A stretch of DNA of 59,985 nt, taken from sequence record OL539454.1; one strand, 5' to 3'. Below the pieces are notes generated by a model. The model was not told where the DNA came from. It saw only the letters and a program-made list of their open reading frames with translations, and did not search any database. This DNA comes from Escherichia phage vB_EcoS_OddieOddie. Below are positions 30,044-38,895 of this stretch, piece by piece (positions within the stretch are counted from its first letter, which is position 1; each line of letters begins with the position of its first letter). The translations under genes were made by a program, and so were the position numbers.

Positions 30044-30658
30044 TTATTTACAAGCTTCAAGGAACTCACGGCGCCATTCTTTACCAATATCGCTACCATG
30101 CTCCAGTTCTGTAGCGCCACGGAACGCTTTAGTAATAGTAGAGCTGCCGCATACCTGCTTAACACCGCGCGACTCCATGCACATATGCTTGGCGTCAATA
30201 TAAACACATACAGCTTTCGGGTTTAAATGCTCCTGAATAGCGTCTGCAATCTGGTTAGTAAGACGTTCCTGAACTTGCAGTCGACGACTAAAAGCATCCA
30301 CAACGCGAGACAGCTTACTAAGCCCAACGATCTTCCCATTGGGAACATAACCCACAACAGCATGACCGATAATAGGAGCCATGTGATGCTCACAATGACT
30401 GTATACAGGAATATCACGGACAATGACCATTTCATTGGTGTTTTCCGCTCCGTCCTCAAAGGTCTTAAACAACCCAGCAATATCTACATCATAACCGCCG
30501 AACCACGTCTGGTATGCTTTAGCAACACGTTCAGGAGTCTCTTCCAACCCAGGACGGAGTTCTGTTGAACCTTCAATATTTAAAAGTAATGAACTAATGG
30601 CAATTTTTACAGTATCTTTACGCATGGTTTGCAGTTTCCTTGTTGTTAATGTGGTCAT
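30044..30658 (-). CDS. folE: GTP cyclohydrolase I
   Basis: 204-aa ORF with SHCEHHMAPI and VGLSKLSRVVDAFSRRLQVQERLT signature. Confidence 0.8.
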   Translation of the reverse strand: MTTLTTRKLQTMRKDTVKIAISSLLLNIEGSTELRPGLEETPERVAKAYQTWFGGYDVDIAGLFKTFEDGAENTNEMVIVRDIPVYSHCEHHMAPIIGHAVVGYVPNGKIVGLSKLSRVVDAFSRRLQVQERLTNQIADAIQEHLNPKAVCVYIDAKHMCMESRGVKQVCGSSTITKAFRGATELEHGSDIGKEWRREFLEACK

Positions 30659-30660
30659 AC

Positions 30661-31152
30661 TTACAGGCTATAGTTTACGTGACATTTCGAAGTTTCTTCG
30701 ATGGTGCATTCTACAAGTTGAACACCATGTTCGTCAAGCAGTTGCGGTCCAATTACTTCAACCATATATGCAGCTAGGTTTTCGGCGGTAGGGTTGAACG
30801 GTAAAGATACCAGCGAGTTGTCAAAGTCCCTTACATCGTGACCCGTAGCTTCGTCACAAAGTTCAAGATCAACCTGAAGAGCTTTAATCAAAGGATCTTC
30901 TTCCCAGTGTAGGAATTTATGATCCCAATTATCTTCCAACCACTGGCAGAGCGTAGTTTTAACCACACTAAAATCGATAACTCGCCCAACGTCGTCCAGC
31001 AAAATACTATTGATTTCTTGCGACCCTTTTTTCGGTGCAACCTTAAAGTGAAACTTATAGTTGTGACCATGAAGGTGACGACACTTACTTTCATGACCCA
31101 CAACACGGTGACCAGCGCAAATTTCATGTGAACGAATTACTGTATAACTCAT
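30661..31152 (-). CDS. queD: 6-carboxy-5,6,7,8-tetrahydropterin synthase
   Basis: 163-aa ORF with CAGHRVVGH...CRHLHGHNYKF (Cys-His-Gly-His zinc motif). Confidence 0.75.
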   Translation of the reverse strand: MSYTVIRSHEICAGHRVVGHESKCRHLHGHNYKFHFKVAPKKGSQEINSILLDDVGRVIDFSVVKTTLCQWLEDNWDHKFLHWEEDPLIKALQVDLELCDEATGHDVRDFDNSLVSLPFNPTAENLAAYMVEVIGPQLLDEHGVQLVECTIEETSKCHVNYSL

Positions 31153-31766
31153 TTTAATACCTCTTTAGACTGTTCAATTTCTAACGCACGTTGCGCCGAC
31201 GCAATAATGTCTTTTAAGTCTTCTACCAGACTTTTATGACCGCGTTCGCCCGGCCGCAACGCTTTTTTGATTAAATGCTGCAAAGCTGGGTTCGTTGTTT
31301 CCCAGGCGGTAAGAACATCATACACATCTACAACAATTGAAGCAACATGCCCGTCAATATCTTTACCGCGGATAAGGCGCTGGTATTTGGTCAGACGGTT
31401 ATCTTCAGGATAGCTCTGGTAACGTGCTTCTGGAACCGTCATTGCAATTTCCATCACTTCTTTAAACTCGTGCTCGGTTATCGGACCTTCGCTAGCTTGC
31501 TTGGCATAATCCTCCGCAACGATATATCGCCAAGATATAACTGAATCCCTTTCTAACGGTATTACGTTATCACAGGATTTTTTATACCAGTCCCATCCTT
31601 GCTTATGGTTTTTCTTAAGAGAACCGTCAGCTAATTGAACTTCAAACTGCTCGTTTTGAAGAAAAATGGGCATCCCTTTTCCATCATGTTTGTGCCAGAT
31701 TTTATTAAGATTATCTTTCATTTTTACGCTCTCGCTGTACGTGAATGAACTTCGTAAACAACCCAA
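31149..31766 (-). CDS. hypothetical protein inside deazaguanine cluster
   Basis: 205-aa ORF between queD and the transporter gene; no motif recognised. Confidence 0.45.
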   Translation of the reverse strand: MGCLRSSFTYSESVKMKDNLNKIWHKHDGKGMPIFLQNEQFEVQLADGSLKKNHKQGWDWYKKSCDNVIPLERDSVISWRYIVAEDYAKQASEGPITEHEFKEVMEIAMTVPEARYQSYPEDNRLTKYQRLIRGKDIDGHVASIVVDVYDVLTAWETTNPALQHLIKKALRPGERGHKSLVEDLKDIIASAQRALEIEQSKEVLK

Positions 31767-32203
31767 AGGATGGCAGATGCTGTGAACTTACTTAAGCTCA
31801 TTGCTACCATTGATCCCGGATTAACAATACCTATAATACTTAAGAACACAATGGAGTCAATCGGTACAGCTACCAAAGAGCTGATAAATACTCGTTGATG
31901 GAAAGGCTTCTTAGTAATCGTATACACCGCGTAATCCGCAAACTCACTAAGTGCAAATGACGCAACGGATGCAACTACAACCGCAGGATCTCCGAACACC
32001 CAGCTAAGAATGCAACCGACAATCATTGCAGGGATAACGCCTTTGCCAGCGTTACGCTGTGCGTAGTCACGCAGGACGAAGATAATACCTACGAAGAAAG
32101 CCATCATGGGTACTACGCCAAGCGGCGTGTTAAGCATTGGAAGATAGGAAAAGCCCAGGTTTACGAATGTAATTGCAGCCAGATAAGCAACGATAAATTT
32201 CAT
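31724..32203 (-). CDS. queuosine-precursor transporter-like membrane protein (YhhQ/DUF165-like)
   Basis: 159-aa polytopic membrane protein in the que cluster; composition resembles YhhQ family. Confidence 0.45.
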   Translation of the reverse strand: MKFIVAYLAAITFVNLGFSYLPMLNTPLGVVPMMAFFVGIIFVLRDYAQRNAGKGVIPAMIVGCILSWVFGDPAVVVASVASFALSEFADYAVYTITKKPFHQRVFISSLVAVPIDSIVFLSIIGIVNPGSMVAMSLSKFTASAILWVVYEVHSRTARA

Positions 32204-32323
32204 ACTTTTGTTCTCCAGTTTTAACAGCGTTATTCGCTGGTTGTTGGGTTTAAAAGCTTTAGTAGTATAGTTGGGTTACCGCACCCTAAACAATAAGCTA
32301 GCGGTGCGGTTTTCGCGGTAAGA

Positions 32324-33031
32324 TCAAGCTTTGCTAATAAATTCGCTGTACCCTTTAGCACGGAGTTTACACGCCGGGCATTCCCCGCAACCATATCCCC
32401 AGTCATGCAGAGTGCGACGAACGCCGTTATAACACGTATGGGACTGTTCAATTACTGTGGTCAAGAAACCAACCTTATCCGCCAGCTCAAACGTTTCTGC
32501 TTTATTTAAACGCATAAGCGGTGTAACAAAATGGATATCAGTTTCATATCCAACGTTTAATGTAGCTTCAAGGAGATCAACAAACTGCTGACGACAATCC
32601 GGATAACCGCTATAGTCTGTTTCACATACGCCTGTAACCACATATCGGGCTCCAACCTTCTGCGCATAAGCGTGCGCGGTTGTCAGAAAAAGAGCATTAC
32701 GGTTTGGCACAAAACTTGCCGGAAGGTTACTGTGCTGTTCGTGATGTTCGTTAACATCACCTTCGTTCCCGATCAAAGCGCTATTACCGATCTGTTTCAA
32801 AGCTGGTAATTCAAAGACAACAAACGGGACATTGTGCTCTTTACAAATTTGATTAGCACAAGCCAGCTCAATGTTATGACGTTGACCGTATGCAAAACCA
32901 ATAGCGTAAACTTTATCATAGTTATTAAGCGCAAGACCTAGGCAAGTCACGCTATCCTGGCCGCCAGACAGGACGACAACGGCGGAGTTATGATTTTTTA
33001 CAGGGAATACCAGTTTATCTAATTTATTCAT
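32324..33031 (-). CDS. queC: 7-cyano-7-deazaguanine synthase
   Basis: 235-aa ORF with PP-loop VVLSGGQDSVTC and C-terminal zinc site CGECPACKLR. Confidence 0.8.
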   Translation of the reverse strand: MNKLDKLVFPVKNHNSAVVVLSGGQDSVTCLGLALNNYDKVYAIGFAYGQRHNIELACANQICKEHNVPFVVFELPALKQIGNSALIGNEGDVNEHHEQHSNLPASFVPNRNALFLTTAHAYAQKVGARYVVTGVCETDYSGYPDCRQQFVDLLEATLNVGYETDIHFVTPLMRLNKAETFELADKVGFLTTVIEQSHTCYNGVRRTLHDWGYGCGECPACKLRAKGYSEFISKA

Positions 33032-33032
33032 T

Positions 33033-33230
33033 TTAGAAACCTTTAAGGCTAATATTAAGGTTAACGACTACTTGTTCAACTACATCTTCACAGGTCATCT
33101 GACGCTTGTGAATTTCAAGTTCCGAATATATTTTCTTTGAAGCTGCGCGACACAGGGCATCATTCAATTCGTCTTGCAGACGTTGAATCTTCTGCATAAG
33201 CAGTATAGTTTCTTCATTCATCTTCCACAC
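33033..33230 (-). CDS. hypothetical protein
   Basis: 65-aa ORF between queC and queE. Confidence 0.35.
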   Translation of the reverse strand: MWKMNEETILLMQKIQRLQDELNDALCRAASKKIYSELEIHKRQMTCEDVVEQVVVNLNISLKGF

Positions 33231-33426
33231 CTTTAATATGACAAGGGTTGATTGTTACATTTGACATTACAATTGGATGATTACGTGCTCCAATTGTACT
33301 AACGTGATTAATATCTAATTCTACATGCACACCCTGCATAGTAGCATGAGCAATTGCAGAATTAAGTTTTTCAACCAGCTCAGTGATCATTTCCTGATGC
33401 TGTTTCGCTTCTTCCAAAGTGATCAT
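33214..33426 (-). CDS. hypothetical protein
   Basis: 70-aa ORF between queC and queE. Confidence 0.35.
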   Translation of the reverse strand: MITLEEAKQHQEMITELVEKLNSAIAHATMQGVHVELDINHVSTIGARNHPIVMSNVTINPCHIKGVEDE

Positions 33427-33681
33427 TTAAACCTCCGTTAATGTTTGAGTCCAGTCTAAGCCTTCAAGGTCTACATCAGCTATTTCATCGTACTCGTAAG
33501 CTCCCGGATCTGCTGGCAGCCATCTATCAAATCGATGGCTGAGTTCTGGAGGAATTGCTTCATACCCCCAAACCTTCCCATCCTTGTCGGCTGCCAGATA
33601 ATCAACTCGACTTGGAACGGTTAAAGTGACACCACAAAAATTAACATCTTTAGTATGCACAACCTGACTTAACACACGCAT
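33427..33681 (-). CDS. hypothetical protein
   Basis: 84-aa acidic ORF, coupled to queE. Confidence 0.4.
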   Translation of the reverse strand: MRVLSQVVHTKDVNFCGVTLTVPSRVDYLAADKDGKVWGYEAIPPELSHRFDRWLPADPGAYEYDEIADVDLEGLDWTQTLTEV

Positions 33682-34388
33682 TATTCCACCCCGATATATT
33701 TGTGAACCTGAAGCTGCAACGTGTACCCGTGTTTCATACAGCTTTGGATAACGGCTTGGATGTTACTGTGGTTAAGATCTTCATCCTGCTCGTCCATTGG
33801 CTGTAAATATATCTTACCCTTGAACCCCTTCGGAGGTCTAGCGATAAATGGCGTAGCTTGATGATCTAATGCTTGAAGAGGTAAACCGTCTTCCACGTTT
33901 ACACAGCACGCTTTAAGTACATATTTAAATGCATTAGCGCGGTACAGCACAGAAGGATGAATCTTTGAAGTCTTAGGACTGCATACAATGACAGGTAGCT
34001 GGGAAAAGTTCTTAGGTAAAGGCATAGACCCATTAGTTTCGATTTGCACCAAATAGCCCCGCGATAACAGTTGTTCAATGAACGGGTTAATTTGCTGACG
34101 GAACGGTTCACCCCCAGTAATAACCACAAGTGAGGTGCTATTGCCTGATTCCAGCTTACGGCTTTCGATTAAACGCATGATATCAACAATGTGGTAAAGA
34201 GAACGACCAACAGTATAATCCGTGTCGCAGCCCGGGCATTGCAGGTTACATCCAGCAAGACGCACAAATACAGCAGGTTGGCCGCAGAACGGACCTTCAC
34301 CCTGAATGGTAGAGAATACCGAATGCACGTCTAAATACATATCGTTTTCTTTAGAACGAGACTCGGGAGCTTGTTGATTAATATCCAT
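33681..34388 (-). CDS. queE: 7-carboxy-7-deazaguanine synthase (radical SAM)
   Basis: 235-aa ORF with STIQGEGPFCGQPAVFVRLAGCNLQCPGCDTDY. Confidence 0.8.
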   Translation of the reverse strand: MDINQQAPESRSKENDMYLDVHSVFSTIQGEGPFCGQPAVFVRLAGCNLQCPGCDTDYTVGRSLYHIVDIMRLIESRKLESGNSTSLVVITGGEPFRQQINPFIEQLLSRGYLVQIETNGSMPLPKNFSQLPVIVCSPKTSKIHPSVLYRANAFKYVLKACCVNVEDGLPLQALDHQATPFIARPPKGFKGKIYLQPMDEQDEDLNHSNIQAVIQSCMKHGYTLQLQVHKYIGVE

Positions 34389-34457
34389 CTTAAATCCTCT
34401 AGTGAAAAAGAAAGCGCCTCATTGGGCGCCTTCATTATAACGTGATATGTTTTGATA

Positions 34458-35270
34458 TTACAAGCCGTTCAGGGCTTCCGGTACTGGTACAGGTACGCGA
34501 CCAGTCACACCATTAAATTTCTTCCAGCGTGCATACTGGGTTTTAACAGTATCTTCGTTCAGACCGTGACGACCAGCCAGGTTCAGAACATAAGAGATCG
34601 GGGCAGGCTGACCCAGCGTAGCGCTAATCTGGTCCATCAGAGCCCAAGCACGACCGCAGGAAGTTTCCGGTTGCGGACGGCGAACACCGTTCTGTTCCGG
34701 CATACGATTAGCTTCTTTTTCTTTCTCGCGGAGCTCTTTAGCGCGTGCTTTTTCCGCTTCTTTTTCTGCCTGTTTTGCAGCACGGATCTTGTCTTTGAAG
34801 CCTTTAATAGTAGCTTCCAGACCATCCACCAGACCCTGAGCAGAAGTTACAGCACCGGACAGGTCTTCACCTTTAGACTTCTTAACGACAGCTTTCAGCT
34901 CTTTCAGAGCTTCTTTAATGGTCTTCAGGTTTGCAGATCCCTGAGTTTCTGCTTCCGTGATCTGTTCAACAGTGCTTTCGTCGGTGACGGTAGCCAAAGA
35001 GTTTTTCAGGATTTCAGCAGCGTTAGCAATCGCATTAAATTTGTTTTCCGCTTCAGTGCGGATTTCAGCTTGTTTCTTTTCAGCGGCAGCTTTTTTCTCT
35101 GCTTCTTTTTTCTCTTTTGCTACGCGTGCAGCTTCAGCGGCAGCGGCTTTCTTAGCTTCTGCATCATTCACAGTAGCTTCTTTCTTTGCAGGTTTAGCAG
35201 ATTTTGCAGCGGCGGCAGCAGCGGCTGCGGCAGCAGCTTTTTTGTCTTCAATGTTGCTCATTCTCTTCAC
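34458..35270 (-). CDS. Lys/Ala-rich low-complexity protein (histone-like DNA-binding candidate)
   Basis: 270-aa ORF with 12-residue poly-Ala run and K/A/E repeats, then a non-repetitive C-terminal domain. Confidence 0.45.
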   Translation of the reverse strand: MKRMSNIEDKKAAAAAAAAAAAKSAKPAKKEATVNDAEAKKAAAAEAARVAKEKKEAEKKAAAEKKQAEIRTEAENKFNAIANAAEILKNSLATVTDESTVEQITEAETQGSANLKTIKEALKELKAVVKKSKGEDLSGAVTSAQGLVDGLEATIKGFKDKIRAAKQAEKEAEKARAKELREKEKEANRMPEQNGVRRPQPETSCGRAWALMDQISATLGQPAPISYVLNLAGRHGLNEDTVKTQYARWKKFNGVTGRVPVPVPEALNGL

Positions 35271-35388
35271 TCCGAATTGTTATGGGTTCGTTTGTTACCA
35301 ACGGGGTTAAATGTACCAAAGGATTTTGTGACACGCAACCCCTTATCTGAATATTTTTAAAAATATTTTTGATCAAGCTTAGAACTTA

Positions 35389-35883
35389 CTAACTCTTTGC
35401 CCCTCTGCCCGGTGTCCATGCGGCTTGCAATGCGGGTTGCTCACAAACGACCCTGGCACCGGAAATAATACCACCCTCCCGTTCAGCATCGTATTTGACA
35501 CGGGCAGGTTTCCAAAGTCCTTCATCCATTGACGGAACGTATTGTCCAATTTGAGGTGAGCAAAAGCCTTGGATATCGTATTCCACACAGAATTCGGCTT
35601 GTGCGCTGATTTGGGCGTGATCCAGGATTGTTTCTGGAAGTTGCGTAAAGTAATCAAACAAAATGCGCTCAACGATTTCCCGTTCATAAGGTGCAGCTCC
35701 TAAGTTTTCTGTCAAGTTAATATAAAGCATTTGAAGATCAACATCTCCAAGATCATGTAAATCGTCTACTGGTGTCACCAGTGTTGACTCAGGGCAACAA
35801 ATAATTCCAAGTTGGTGTAGTGTCAGCCAATTGGGATGCTTTGCCAAGAGTTCAAATTTATCTGTATCAATCAGGACGTACAT
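35389..35883 (-). CDS. hypothetical protein
   Basis: 164-aa ORF. Confidence 0.4.
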   Translation of the reverse strand: MYVLIDTDKFELLAKHPNWLTLHQLGIICCPESTLVTPVDDLHDLGDVDLQMLYINLTENLGAAPYEREIVERILFDYFTQLPETILDHAQISAQAEFCVEYDIQGFCSPQIGQYVPSMDEGLWKPARVKYDAEREGGIISGARVVCEQPALQAAWTPGRGAKS

Positions 35884-35942
35884 TGCAATCCCCTATAAAT
35901 AAGTAATGCCCCAATAGTAGGGGCATTAGATGTTGAAGTCAA

Positions 35943-37925
35943 TTAGAACGGAACGTAATCCGGATCATCTACTTGTACAGGGTTAACCACATTGTTCACC
36001 GTTATGCCTTGCGTATTCTGTGAAACAATATCATCCCAGCTCACATCATCATTATAGCTTGGACCTTCTGTTGTTCCATCCTGCCCGTATACTTTAACCT
36101 GAATAGCTTCGTCGTCCTGTGGTGCTTCAAACTTACCGAAACACGTACCATCATAATCATAGTTCAAAATCTCAGGCCATTTCTTATTGGTATGAACTTT
36201 GATGTATTTCGGCGTTTTGAGCATCGCAGCAACATCAAGGGCTTCTTCAATAGTTTGTGGTAAAGGAAGATGCGTCCTTTTCTTCCACCATGCAACCGCT
36301 TTACGACCAGCCCAGTCGCCATGCAGCAAAGCTACCCATTCGCTGAATATTTTACTACCGCAATAATAAGTCACCTTCATTGTTGGAGGTTTGGAGCTGT
36401 CATTGCGTTTAGTGTGCTTCGCATAAGTAACATGCGTAACTTTGAAGTCTTCAACTACCGGAATGTCCTGTTTGATCAGTGCTTCGGTACTTGCTGCCTT
36501 TTTAAGTTTCGTCTGGAACTTAAACTCATGACCGCAAAATCCTTCTTTAACATAATCCGTTCCACGTAGTCTAAATCCCTTCAAATATAATTGTTGAACT
36601 TGTTCCTGTGTAACGCTGTCCATAGGAATTGGTGCAAAGCCACCACAATAGCGAGCAGATGCATGATTATACGACCCGCACACATCGCATTCTTTAACCG
36701 GAGCAGTACCAGCACCTTTTTCGCCCGGGCGCTTGGGTTTAACAGGGTCGTTAATAGGGCCCAAACGACGCGTATTACCGCTGAAATCCAGTACAAGGCA
36801 GTTCTGCTTAGGGCTTGCTGCAATAGCTTGCAAGCGACCTTCCTGCGTGGAAAGATCAAAACCCTCCGCATATACCGGACGCGTACCGCGACCCAACATC
36901 TGAACCCATAGCACCGCCGAGGCAGTGGGGCGAAGCATGATAATTAGATCAAGCATCGGATGGTCGAACCCTGTGGTTAAGACGTTGTTGTTCGTCAGGG
37001 CTCGAAACTCTCCACGCTTGAATTTTTCAATAATTTCATCACGCTCTTTTGCATCAAGCTTTGAGTGAATACATCCGCAGCTAATACCCATATCGTTCAG
37101 CATATCACACGCATCTTTAGCGTGTTCAATACCAGAACAAAATATAAGCCAGCTTTGACGGTCTTCACCACATTCAATGGCTTCCTCAAGTGCGCGGAGT
37201 GTTGCGTCGTCGCGGTTCACCGCACTTTGCAGCTCACTCTGAATAAACTCACCGCCTCGTTTACCTACCCCGTTGATGTCCAGTTCCATCTTTGTACGCT
37301 TTGGCACAACTGGAAGTAAATAGCCTTGCTCCAGGAACCAGTTAAAGGCTTCAGGGGTAGTTGCATCAAACGTTACTTTATCAAATAAAGCATCATCGTC
37401 TTCGTTTTCCTTAACAATTGAGCCGTAACCCAGTCGGTAAGGTGTAGCGGTAAGACCGATAATTTTTAAATACGGGTTAACTTCACGCAATGCTGCAAAG
37501 AACTTCTTATACATTGTTGCATCACGCGGACTAATAAGGTGCGCTTCATCCACAAAGATTAGATCAACCTTGCCGAACTTTTTAGGATGCTTGGCAACAG
37601 ATGCAATCCCCGCAAATGTGATAAGATTATAAACTTCTTTACGCTTCAAACCTGCGCTGTAAATACCTGCTGGCGCTTCAGGCCAGACTTTCATTAATTT
37701 ATCATAGTTTTGTGCAATTAACTCTTTGACGTGAGTTAACATCATTACGCGCTGGTTTGGATACCATTTATAAAGCAGATCGAGGAACCCCGCGATAACG
37801 AGCGATTTTCCTGTCCCTGTTGGTAACAGGATTAAAGGGTTCCCCGCGTTACCCTTTTCAGCATCAAAATAGCGGAATACGCTATAAACTGCTTCCTGTT
37901 GATAATCGCGGAGCTGCATAATCAA
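35943..37925 (-). CDS. superfamily 2 DEAH-box DNA helicase
   Basis: 660-aa ORF; Walker A LLPTGTGKS, Walker B FVDEAHLI, C-terminal Cys cluster. Confidence 0.7.
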   Translation of the reverse strand: MIMQLRDYQQEAVYSVFRYFDAEKGNAGNPLILLPTGTGKSLVIAGFLDLLYKWYPNQRVMMLTHVKELIAQNYDKLMKVWPEAPAGIYSAGLKRKEVYNLITFAGIASVAKHPKKFGKVDLIFVDEAHLISPRDATMYKKFFAALREVNPYLKIIGLTATPYRLGYGSIVKENEDDDALFDKVTFDATTPEAFNWFLEQGYLLPVVPKRTKMELDINGVGKRGGEFIQSELQSAVNRDDATLRALEEAIECGEDRQSWLIFCSGIEHAKDACDMLNDMGISCGCIHSKLDAKERDEIIEKFKRGEFRALTNNNVLTTGFDHPMLDLIIMLRPTASAVLWVQMLGRGTRPVYAEGFDLSTQEGRLQAIAASPKQNCLVLDFSGNTRRLGPINDPVKPKRPGEKGAGTAPVKECDVCGSYNHASARYCGGFAPIPMDSVTQEQVQQLYLKGFRLRGTDYVKEGFCGHEFKFQTKLKKAASTEALIKQDIPVVEDFKVTHVTYAKHTKRNDSSKPPTMKVTYYCGSKIFSEWVALLHGDWAGRKAVAWWKKRTHLPLPQTIEEALDVAAMLKTPKYIKVHTNKKWPEILNYDYDGTCFGKFEAPQDDEAIQVKVYGQDGTTEGPSYNDDVSWDDIVSQNTQGITVNNVVNPVQVDDPDYVPF

Positions 37926-38830
37926 TCTTTCCCGTAATAGTTAGCTACTTGATAGTTTTGACAACCAACCTTCTGACCTTGCGTGTCCACTGACGCGGAA
38001 TGGAAATTGCAATACCATGTTCCATCATCTTTTGGCTCAAGAAATTGACATGTGCGACAGTTTACTTCCGGCATAGTTTTACGCCAGCACAATGAGGAAT
38101 GGTCGCACCATTTGCATTCGAAGAAGGTAGAGTCTTTGAATGCACGGTCAGGAATATCCGTAGCAATAGCAATCTGCACACCACGATCAATATACATGTC
38201 CGCAGTGACAGGATCAAATGGAATAATTTCTGCGTAAACTTCATCATCGTTCTTGTTTACAGCAAGATATAACGCTGCGCCAAGTCCAAGCTTTCGCATG
38301 TACACGTTCATCTGCACATAGTGCTCAGGTTTAGCTTCTTTGACACCTTTAGCTTTCAGCTTCTTGAAAGACTTATCGTTGTGGGTCTTCATTTCAGTAA
38401 GCACAGGCATCCCAGGCTGAACGTCCGGACAACCTATAACCACACCATCACAGGAACCGCCAAAGTGTCCGCCAGCTTCGCTGATACGGAACTGGTGTCC
38501 GTTTTCATCCTGCTGGTAGACCTGCATACCTGCCGCAAGAAGCATAGCAATGAAACGCGCTTCTTCCAGATGCCCGCGGTTAAATAGGCGGAGCTGGCGT
38601 CCATCGAACTCTTTACGCGTAGCCCAGCGATATCCGTAGAACAGCTTGCGAGCACATTGCTGTCCAATAAGGGAAGCGCCTAAGTGGCTGCGGTTTCCGC
38701 TTTCAGGGCGGTATGCGTCTTCAATTGTGGGAATAACTACGCCAAGATATTTACGGTAAGTCCCACCCTGATCTTTTTGCACACCGTCATTGATCGCTTG
38801 AAGTGTTTTTTCTGCAATATAAATAGCCAT
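37922..38830 (-). CDS. putative nuclease with C-terminal cysteine cluster (PD-(D/E)XK-type candidate)
   Basis: 302-aa ORF coupled to helicase; C-terminal CKWC...CRTC...C motif; nuclease call is tentative. Confidence 0.4.
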   Translation of the reverse strand: MAIYIAEKTLQAINDGVQKDQGGTYRKYLGVVIPTIEDAYRPESGNRSHLGASLIGQQCARKLFYGYRWATRKEFDGRQLRLFNRGHLEEARFIAMLLAAGMQVYQQDENGHQFRISEAGGHFGGSCDGVVIGCPDVQPGMPVLTEMKTHNDKSFKKLKAKGVKEAKPEHYVQMNVYMRKLGLGAALYLAVNKNDDEVYAEIIPFDPVTADMYIDRGVQIAIATDIPDRAFKDSTFFECKWCDHSSLCWRKTMPEVNCRTCQFLEPKDDGTWYCNFHSASVDTQGQKVGCQNYQVANYYGKD

Positions 38831-38895
38831 TGGAGTACCTTAGAAAAATAAGCCGTCTTTCGACGGCTTAGGGACACTACAGAGGGAGGGTTAAC

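Noticed and set aside
34452-35360. 302-aa plus-strand ORF rich in Phe/Ser/Cys
   Set aside because: It is the antisense reading of the low-complexity Lys/Ala-rich gene on the minus strand, has implausible composition, and sits on the wrong strand for this arm
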